Shown: positions 30,050-36,586 of the stretch, one piece after another
Layout of the letters: every line of letters begins with the position of its first letter
How positions within the stretch are numbered: the stretch's first letter is position 1
Origin: a virus
Length of the DNA stretch: 36,586 nt
Strand: one strand, 5' to 3'
Virus record (IMG/VR): IMGVR_UViG_3300045988_146267
Program-made: the position numbers and the translations under genes
The notes under the pieces: generated by a model
The model's database searches: none
Told to the model about the DNA's origin: nothing
What the model saw: the letters and a program-made list of their open reading frames with translations, nothing else

Positions 30050-31777
30050 ATGTCTTTAGTTACAAGTTTTTTAGGGTTATTTAAACACGATACATCAAAT
30101 GATGCAGATCTAAATAGTAATTTCGATATAGATACTGCATTAAATGAAAACTGGGACAAAGTTGATGCTGGTGTAAAAAAATTAAATGATGAAAAAGTTA
30201 GTAAAGAAACAGGAAAAGGCTTATCATCAAATGATTATACAACAGCAGAGAAAACAAAATTAAATGGGATTGCAACAGGAGCTCAGGTTAATGTATTAGA
30301 TGGGCTGACATTAGAAGGAAAAGCATTAACTAATTCAAACAAGAAAATTGAAATAAAAGATGCAGAAGTTACAGGAGCAAGAAAGTCAACAATAAAATCA
30401 AAAACATTTAGTTCAGTTACTGCAAGAATAGAAGAAATTGAGACAGATGTTGAAAACATAGAAAGAAAAAGAGGACATATATATGGTGTTAGAAGAAAGA
30501 TAACTAATAACACAAATACGGCTTGGGAAAGAATAGAAGATAGTATTGGGTTAGTTGCTAATGCTACTAAAAATGGTACAACAGTTCAAAATGATTTCGA
30601 TAATTTATATCCTTGGAGTCAAATAAGAACATGTAATTACGATATTACTACTGGAAAAGTAAAGGCTTGGTATGGAGATGCAAGTTTTAAATTTGATGGA
30701 ACGAATGGAGATGTATATACATATATTCCAGATGTTTATATTAAAGTATATCAAGAAAATGATTATGATTATATCTTAATTTCTGATATTGAAAGAAGCG
30801 GATTTACACATTACAAAGATTTTTATTATGCAAGATATGTAATGGGATTAGTTGATGATAAATTGCATTCATATAGTGGTTTGATACCAGTATATAATAA
30901 AACAATATCACAATTTAGAACATTGGCACAAAACTTAGGAAGTAAATTTTCATTGTTAGATTATAGATACTTCATTTTACAAATGCTTTATTTAGTAGAG
31001 TATGCAGATTATAATTCTCAAAATAAATTAGGAAATGGCGTAATGACTGGCCAACAGTCTGCTGCATTAATTGCTGAAACAGGTGTTAACAGAATTATAG
31101 TAAATTCAACAAATTTATATGTTGGAAGAACAATTGCAATAGGAACTGCTTGGTGGAATATGTCTATTGCATCTAATAGAACAATTACTAAAGTTGAAAA
31201 TTATTCAGATGGTAATGTTTCTGGTAAAGTAATTTATTTCGATGGTGCTGCAGTAAATATTGCAGTAGGCAATGTGATTTGGGGAATAGGACAAGAGTCC
31301 GGACAATGCGATAGTCTAGGAATGAAATCTGGTTGCATTGTAAATGATGGATTTCATTCTATGATTTATAGAGGAATTGAAAATATATTCTCTAATATGT
31401 GGCAATTTGTTGATGGATTAAATATTAAAGATAGAATTGCATATTTATGCAAAGATCATTCTCAATATAAATCTGATACATTTGTTGTACCATATAAAGT
31501 AATTGGATACACAAATGCTGATACAAATGGATATGCAAAAAATCTTGGTTATGATCCGGATGAACCTTTAGCAAGATTTCCTAATGAAATTGGTGCTGGA
31601 TCAGGTTCAGGAACATCTGATTACTATTACCAAAACACAGGAAATAGAATTGCTCATGTGGGTGGCAATTTCGGCGATGGCGCTATCTGTGGCTTGTGGT
31701 ATTGGCATTTCAGCGGTGGTTCTTCGACTGCGGGCTTCGACATCGGTTGTCGTGTTCTTATTGATAACCAGAAATAA
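30050..31777 (+). CDS. Tail fibre / receptor-binding protein, DGR target
   Basis: C-terminus HVGGNFGDGAICGLWYWHFSGGSSTAGFDIGCRVLI aligns to the template repeat. Confidence 0.88.
   Translation: MSLVTSFLGLFKHDTSNDADLNSNFDIDTALNENWDKVDAGVKKLNDEKVSKETGKGLSSNDYTTAEKTKLNGIATGAQVNVLDGLTLEGKALTNSNKKIEIKDAEVTGARKSTIKSKTFSSVTARIEEIETDVENIERKRGHIYGVRRKITNNTNTAWERIEDSIGLVANATKNGTTVQNDFDNLYPWSQIRTCNYDITTGKVKAWYGDASFKFDGTNGDVYTYIPDVYIKVYQENDYDYILISDIERSGFTHYKDFYYARYVMGLVDDKLHSYSGLIPVYNKTISQFRTLAQNLGSKFSLLDYRYFILQMLYLVEYADYNSQNKLGNGVMTGQQSAALIAETGVNRIIVNSTNLYVGRTIAIGTAWWNMSIASNRTITKVENYSDGNVSGKVIYFDGAAVNIAVGNVIWGIGQESGQCDSLGMKSGCIVNDGFHSMIYRGIENIFSNMWQFVDGLNIKDRIAYLCKDHSQYKSDTFVVPYKVIGYTNADTNGYAKNLGYDPDEPLARFPNEIGAGSGSGTSDYYYQNTGNRIAHVGGNFGDGAICGLWYWHFSGGSSTAGFDIGCRVLIDNQK
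31650..31762 (+). repeat. DGR variable repeat (VR)
   Basis: 113-bp gap-free alignment to 31935-32047; 14 mismatches, all where TR has A. Confidence 0.95.
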
Positions 31778-31784
31778 CAGGGGT

Positions 31785-31806
31785 GTGGGGGCGGTCAGCC
31801 TCCCAC
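31785..31806 (+). promoter_or_regulatory. GC-rich hairpin just downstream of VR, candidate DGR target-recognition hairpin/cruciform
   Basis: GTGGGGGC-GGTCA-GCC(T)CCCAC; no U-tract follows. Confidence 0.55.
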
Positions 31807-31934
31807 AAAGAATAACTAGCCTCTGGTATAGTTAAAATGTTAAGGGAAAAATTATATAATTATTATCAAACACAATAAATAAAAAAGGGATTTGGTGTGT
31901 GTTCGACCGAGCTTTGCTCTTCGTTTCGGAGTTT

Positions 31935-32047
31935 TTGCTCATGTGGGTGGCAATTTCAACAATGGCGCTAACTGTGGCTTGTGGTATTGGAATTTCAACA
32001 ATGATTCTTCGAATGCGAACTTCAACATCGGTTGTCGTGTTATTATT
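31935..32047 (+). repeat. DGR template repeat (TR)
   Basis: Translated TR core is Asn-rich (NFNNGANCGLWYWNFNNDSSNANFNIGCR) with AAY codons; lies immediately upstream of the RT. Confidence 0.95.
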
Positions 32048-32189
32048 TTTGGAAAATTAATTATAGATAAATTACACATCATTTTCCGTGCCCCTTGGCA
32101 AAAATAGAGTCGCAACTGGACTGGTTTAGTAGCTTCTTTTTAGTCGAAAGACCGGTAGACAAAAATAAGAAATATCAGGAGAACATAAG
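32048..32189 (+). ncRNA. Spacer between TR and RT, expected part of the DGR template RNA
   Basis: Non-coding; short G-U-containing stem ACTGGTT (32120-32126)/GACCGGT (32150-32156). Confidence 0.4.
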
Positions 32190-33270
32190 ATGAAAAGAAT
32201 AGGCAATATTTATTCAAAGCTATGTGATAAAAATAATATTAAGATAGCAATTTTAAAAGCATCTGCAGGTAAAAAGAGCAGAAAAAATGTTGTAAAAATA
32301 ATGAACAATATAGATTATTATGTAGATGATATATATAAAATGCTAGTTGATAAAAGTATAAAATTAAGTCCGTATAAAAAGATGAAAATTCACGATGGAG
32401 TTAATAAAAAAGAAAGAATAATATTTAAGCCTGCTTTTTATCCAGACCAAGTAATTCATTGGTGTATAATGTTACAATTGCAACCAATACTAGAAAAGGG
32501 AATGTATGAATATTGCTGTGCATCTGTTCCAAATCGTGGTATTCATTATGGTGGAAAGCAAATAAAAAGAATACTAAAAGATGATAAGAAAAATACTAAA
32601 TATTGCTTAAAATTAGATGTGAAAAAATTTTATCCAAGTATTGATAAATTTTGTATGAAAAGTAAATTTAGAAGAATAATTAAAGATTATGATATGCTTG
32701 ATTTAATTGATAAAATAATAGATAGTTCAGAGTCTGGATTACCTATACGGTAATTATACATCTCAATGGTTTGCAAATTTTTATTTACAGAGTTTAGATC
32801 ATTATATAAAGGAAGAAATGAAAGTAAAATATTATCTGCGATATATGGATGATATGTTGCTCTTTGGAAGAAATAAAAAGGAATTACATAAATGTAGGGC
32901 ATTAATTAGTGATTATTTGAAGAAAGAAGGGCTAAAATTAAAAGAAAATTGGCAATTATTTAAAGTTGATAGTAGACCAGTTGATTTTATTGGATACCGC
33001 TTCTACCGAGGATATACAACATTAAGAAGAGGTAACTTCTTAAGAATAAAAAGAAGAGTAAAGAAAATATATAAAAGGAAAAAAATAAGACTGAATGATG
33101 CCTATGCTATGATTAGTTATGATGGTTGGCTAAAACATTGTAATAGTTTTAATTATAGAAACAAATATGTTAAACCATATATAACTACAAAAAAATGTAA
33201 AGGAGTGATAAGAAATGCAAGTAAATTATCAAGTGGAATCAGATATAAAACCGGAAAAATACATAGTTGA
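32190..33270 (+). CDS. DGR reverse transcriptase, split by +1 discontinuity at in-frame CGG (32748) in the GLPIGN motif
   Basis: LKLDVKKFYPSID, GLPI|GNYTSQWFANFYLQSLDHYIKEEMKVKYYLRYMDDMLLFG, FIGYRF. Confidence 0.92.
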
Positions 33271-33580
33271 GAACATTTTAAACAATGGATGCGAAATTGT
33301 TTTAAATGATAATATAACAGAAGAGCAAAGAATTGATTTTGATGCAGAAACTGGAAAAGCAATCTCAAGAACTATTTATAAATTTGATATATATAGAATT
33401 CCGACAATATATAGAGATAACTTAGAAAAAGAATTATCAACTGCAAAAGGGTATAAAACTTGGATAAATTTTGCAAAAGAACAATATGCAAAACAAATTG
33501 TTGATATTCCTGATGTTGATAGAATTTCTGCATTAGAACAGGCAATTATGGAAATTGGGGAGGTACTTGGCAATGGTTAA
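33215..33580 (+). CDS. Phage protein between the fibre/DGR and holin modules, overlaps RT by 56 nt
   Basis: RBS aaaggag at about 33200; full-length ORF. Confidence 0.6.
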   Translation: MQVNYQVESDIKPEKYIVENILNNGCEIVLNDNITEEQRIDFDAETGKAISRTIYKFDIYRIPTIYRDNLEKELSTAKGYKTWINFAKEQYAKQIVDIPDVDRISALEQAIMEIGEVLGNG

Positions 33581-33683
33581 TTTTTATGTAATCCAAATTA
33601 GAGATTTAAAAACAATGACAATTGATGATGTCCCTAAATTATGGAGAAAGAAAGTAAAAGAAAAGTTGGAAGAAGAGTCTTAA
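33573..33683 (+). CDS. XkdX-like small protein
   Basis: MVNFYVIQIRDLKTMTIDDVPKLWRKKVKEKLEEES. Confidence 0.5.
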   Translation: MVNFYVIQIRDLKTMTIDDVPKLWRKKVKEKLEEES

Positions 33684-33724
33684 TAAGGCTCTTTTTCTAT
33701 TGCAAAAGAAAGAGAGGATTGGAA

Positions 33725-33976
33725 ATGGAGTCAATTATAGTGGCAATCATTACTGGGGGACTAACATTATTAGGGACAATTATTTCAAACATATCTAGTA
33801 ATAAGAAAATTGAAACAAATTTAAAAATTCAGCAGGCGGTAACAGATACAAAAATTGAGGCATTAACAAGTGAAGTTAGGGAACACAATAATTTCGCTAA
33901 AAGAATGCCGGTAGTAGAAGAACAAATAAAAGTAATAAATCATCGCATAAATGATTTAGAAAGGAAAGTGGGTTAA
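33725..33976 (+). CDS. XhlA-like holin-associated protein
   Basis: N-terminal TM segment plus coiled coil NNFAKRMPVVEEQIKVINHRINDLERKV. Confidence 0.65.
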   Translation: MESIIVAIITGGLTLLGTIISNISSNKKIETNLKIQQAVTDTKIEALTSEVREHNNFAKRMPVVEEQIKVINHRINDLERKVG

Positions 33977-34156
33977 ATGAAAGATAAATTTGCAAAATTA
34001 ATAAATGTAAAAAGTTTAGTAACCTTGATCTTAACATTAGTAGTTGCATATAAAGCAATAATGGGACAAATGAATATAGAACAAATATATTTAATGATAA
34101 TTGCTTTTTATTTTGGAACACAACTGAAAGAAAGTAATACAAATAAAACTGAATAA
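33977..34156 (+). CDS. Small holin-like membrane protein
   Basis: MKDKFAKLINVKSLVTLILTLVVAYKAIMGQMNIEQIYLMIIAFYFGTQL, immediately before the lysin module. Confidence 0.65.
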   Translation: MKDKFAKLINVKSLVTLILTLVVAYKAIMGQMNIEQIYLMIIAFYFGTQLKESNTNKTE

Positions 34157-34185
34157 ACACCGTAAAAAAATTACGGTATATATAG

Positions 34186-34227
34186 AATACTGGAAGAAAA
34201 ATAAAAAATCTTCCAGTATTAATTTTT
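34186..34227 (+). terminator. Rho-independent terminator after the holin
   Basis: 12-bp arms AATACTGGAAGA/TCTTCCAGTATT then aattttt; a second small hairpin ACCGTAA/TTACGGT lies at 34159-34177. Confidence 0.85.
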
Positions 34228-34315
34228 ATAAGGAGGTTATTACTATGGATGAAAATGTAAAAGTAGATCCAGACACTTTAGGTTTTGAAAATGATGTGGA
34301 AGGAGTTGAGGAATA

Positions 34316-35272
34316 ATGGAAATAAAAGAAAACATAACTACAAGAAATTATACAAAAGGAAATAATAGAAAAATTGAATTTATTGTAATTCACTATGTTG
34401 GAGCAGTTTCAACTGCAAAAAATAATTCTGATTATTTTAAAGATGCATATAGAGGTGCATCAGCTCACTATTTTGTAGATGATAATGAAATTTATAGGGT
34501 AGTCAGAGATGAGGATATTGCATGGCATTGTGGCACTAAAGGTACATATTACAACAATTGTAGAAATTCAAATTCAATAGGAATTGAAATGTGCTGTTTT
34601 AATAATAATGGGACATTAGATATATCAGAAAATATAATTAACAAAACAATTGAACTAGTAAAAGAATTAATGACAAAATATAATATATCTGCAGATAATG
34701 TTATTAGACATTATGATGTAACACATAAATGTTGTCCTGCACCATTTGTTAATAATCCAAACAGATGGAACGAATTTAAAAGTAAATTAGCTGTAAATGG
34801 AGAAACAAAGAAACCAGTTCAAGAAACAAAGTCTGTTATAGATTTGGCAAATGAAGTAATAGCAGGAAAATATGGTGTAGGAGAGGCAAGAAAACAAGCA
34901 TTAGGATCATTGTATGATGAAGTACAAGCCAAGGTTAATGAAATACTAGGTGTCAAGACAACAGGAAGTAAACCTACATTAAAATCAATAGATGAAATTG
35001 CAAGAGAAGTTATAAATGGTACTTGGGGAAATGGACAGGATAGATTTAATAGATTGACAACAGCAGGTTATGATGCTAATGCAGTTCAAAGTAAGGTAAA
35101 TGAACTTTTAGGAGCCAAACCTGTAACATCAAATAAAAAATCCAATGAAACAATTGCAAATGAAGTTATTCAAGGTAAATGGGGAAATGGTGCAGATAGA
35201 AAATCAAAACTTCAAGCAGCAGGCTATGATTATAATACAATACAAGCAATAGTAAATAGAAAATTAAAATAA
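34316..35272 (+). CDS. N-acetylmuramoyl-L-alanine amidase endolysin with three CPL-7 (CW_7) repeats
   Basis: Amidase_2 motifs FIVIHYVGA, HCGTKGTYYNNCRNSNSIGIEMC, VIRHYDVTHKCCPAPF; three repeats such as IDEIAREVINGTWGNGQDRFNRLTTAGYDANAVQSKVNELLG. Confidence 0.95.
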   Translation: MEIKENITTRNYTKGNNRKIEFIVIHYVGAVSTAKNNSDYFKDAYRGASAHYFVDDNEIYRVVRDEDIAWHCGTKGTYYNNCRNSNSIGIEMCCFNNNGTLDISENIINKTIELVKELMTKYNISADNVIRHYDVTHKCCPAPFVNNPNRWNEFKSKLAVNGETKKPVQETKSVIDLANEVIAGKYGVGEARKQALGSLYDEVQAKVNEILGVKTTGSKPTLKSIDEIAREVINGTWGNGQDRFNRLTTAGYDANAVQSKVNELLGAKPVTSNKKSNETIANEVIQGKWGNGADRKSKLQAAGYDYNTIQAIVNRKLK

Positions 35273-35275
35273 GAT

Positions 35276-35298
35276 AAGAGGAGAAAAGATCTCCTCTT
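35276..35298. terminator. Convergent terminator after the lysin gene
   Basis: AAGAGGAG-AAAAGAT-CTCCTCTT. Confidence 0.7.
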
Positions 35299-35681
35299 TA
35301 TTGTATATTTTTTAATTTTTGTTGTATATTATATAGTATATCAAATGCCTCTTTACAAGTTGTATTATTTAAATCAATATTTTGTATTTTTTTAATAATT
35401 TCACTATAAGAGATTGTTTGATTTGAAGATGCAGGAGGATCTATAACTTCAAATTCTATGTTATGAGCATTTAGCAAGTGTAAATATTTTTCTAATTTAG
35501 AAATAGGAAAGCCACACTTAATAATTTCTGGACTCAAGTCGGTTAATTTTAGTCCAATAGCATTTGAAACAATTCTTGCATCTTCATTTAATATATTGTA
35601 AAAAATACCTACTTTAAAAATATATACTTTACTAGAATCTTTCTTTTTTAATTCATTATACTGATTTAATAATTTACTCAT
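35298..35681 (-). CDS. Stand-alone MutS domain I-like protein
   Basis: LLNQYNELKKKDSSKVYIFKVGIFYNILNEDARIVSNAIGLKLTDL...KCGFPISKLEKYLHLLNAHNIEFEVID resembles the MutS N-terminal domain (GdFYE..eDA). Confidence 0.6.
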   Translation of the reverse strand: MSKLLNQYNELKKKDSSKVYIFKVGIFYNILNEDARIVSNAIGLKLTDLSPEIIKCGFPISKLEKYLHLLNAHNIEFEVIDPPASSNQTISYSEIIKKIQNIDLNNTTCKEAFDILYNIQQKLKNIQ

Positions 35682-35893
35682 TTTCTTTTTCGACCTTTCT
35701 TTCTAACTACAATATCACTAATTTCGCAATTAAAAATATCACACATTTTTTCTAATGTTTCAAATTTGATACTGCTTGTTTCATTATTCATTAATCTTGT
35801 GAGTGATTGATAACCTCCTTCCATATTTTTTACGAACCAGTATTTCGTTTTTTTCTGCTTTTTTAATAATTCTTTAATTTGTAATTGTATCAT
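35678..35893 (-). CDS. XRE/Cro-family HTH regulator, translationally coupled to the downstream MutS-I-like gene
   Basis: HTH_3-like: KTKYWFVKNMEGGYQSLTRLMNNETSSIKFETLEKMCDIFNCEISDIV. Confidence 0.75.
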   Translation of the reverse strand: MIQLQIKELLKKQKKTKYWFVKNMEGGYQSLTRLMNNETSSIKFETLEKMCDIFNCEISDIVVRKKGRKRK

Positions 35894-36037
35894 CTAATCA
35901 CCTCCATTCTGCTATAACTATTGTAAAAGAAAGTAGTAAATATTTTAACTACCCTTGAATTGACTTAAATATAGAATAACTATTTTACAAGTTATGTGCT
36001 AAATGGTATAATATCTCTGAAATGAGGTGTATTATTG

Positions 36038-36178
36038 ATGAATGATATATTAAAAGAAATAAAAAGACTATTAGAAAACAACCAAATAGAAGATGCAATA
36101 AAATTTATTGATAAAAATTTAAAGAAAAAACAAAAAGCAGGAGATTATTTGGATATGCTAATAAATGATTTAAAATGA
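36038..36178 (+). CDS. 46-aa hypothetical protein
   Basis: Small ORF with aggtg upstream. Confidence 0.35.
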   Translation: MNDILKEIKRLLENNQIEDAIKFIDKNLKKKQKAGDYLDMLINDLK

Positions 36179-36436
36179 TGTCGAAAAATGTCGAATAATG
36201 AAATCCAATAGTACCAACAGAAAGCAGAGTTTATACCTATCTTCCAGTATAGTTATTTCAATTAACATAATATGGTATAATTTTATAAAGAGATATCTCA
36301 AATAAATAGAAGGGAGAATATAGAGATAATGAACTTACTGGATATCATATTATTACATATTTTTCCGAAATATACATATAAAGTATATAGAAAAGGTGTA
36401 ATGGATGAATTTAATTGGATGAACAAGAAAAAATAA

Positions 36437-36456
36437 TTTGTTATTAATTTGTTATT
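36437..36456 (+). repeat. Tandem TTTGTTATT repeat, candidate integrase arm-type site (right)
   Basis: 19/20 match to 401-420. Confidence 0.4.
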
Positions 36457-36469
36457 AACAAATGGAGTT

Positions 36470-36515
36470 TTGCAAGGTTTGACAAGGTTACGAAAAAAAC
36501 TTGAAAACCTTGCAA
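36470..36515. other. Hairpin with 11-bp perfect arms
   Basis: TTGCAAGGTTT at 36470-36480 and AAACCTTGCAA at 36505-36515. Confidence 0.55.
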
Positions 36516-36569
36516 TTGCAATAAAAACAAGAAATATCAATGATGCACATAAATATGCAAAAAACACTA

Positions 36570-36586
36570 TATTGATTTTAGCAGGA
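36570..36586 (+). repeat. Putative attR core (tattgattttagcagga), truncated by the window end
   Basis: 16/17 match to 325-341. Confidence 0.4.

Noticed and set aside
31584-31835. ORF overlapping the VR in an alternate frame (83 aa)
   Set aside because: Shadow ORF of the fibre 3' end; the VR/TR reading frame and protein family support the 30050..31777 frame.
31892-32107. 71-aa ORF covering the TR treated as a protein gene
   Set aside because: It is explained as the template repeat; TTG start with no clear RBS. Kept only as an observation about TR origin.
32748-32753. RT break regarded simply as an isolated pseudogenising indel
   Set aside because: Cannot be excluded, but the same C-before-Gly event occurs at four other independent loci in the same codon phase, so an isolated explanation is weak.
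32190-33270. RT as a group II intron or retron component
   Set aside because: No intron maturase domain or retron msr/msd layout noticed; adenine-specific TR/VR pair and GLPIGN..SQ motif fit a DGR.
33215-33580. Candidate Avd accessory protein
   Set aside because: Sequence is not the basic helical bundle expected and looks like the protein commonly found between fibre and XkdX/holin genes.

Overview
The window holds an essentially complete temperate siphovirus prophage in a very AT-rich Firmicute-like genome. Left to right: tyrosine integrase, divergent CI/Cro-type switch, YqaJ exonuclease/RecT recombination, replication, RusA, Tad2-like anti-Thoeris protein (DUF2829), ParB-methyltransferase fusion, terminase, portal, capsid, tail and tape measure, tail fibre, holin, and an amidase with three CPL-7 repeats. 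Two observations stand out. (1) A diversity-generating retroelement (DGR): a 113-bp variable repeat at the C-terminus of the tail fibre (31650-31762), a template repeat at 31935-32047, and a reverse transcriptase at 32190-33270. I aligned the repeats by hand and found 14 mismatches, all at template adenines. (2) Five coding regions are split by a +1 discontinuity, and every break has the same form: an in-frame CGG codon where skipping the C lets reading resume at a GGN glycine codon. The five are a prepilin-like fragment, two head-tail genes, the tail endopeptidase and the DGR RT, in the middle of its GLPIGN motif. By eye, CGG is never used in frame anywhere else in the supported CDSs, although it occurs about 30 times out of frame. 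This suggests CGG is unassigned or poorly decoded and acts as a +1 recoding site in this lineage. A systematic assembly artefact is the main alternative. Coordinates and counts come from manual reading. No database search or folding program was run.
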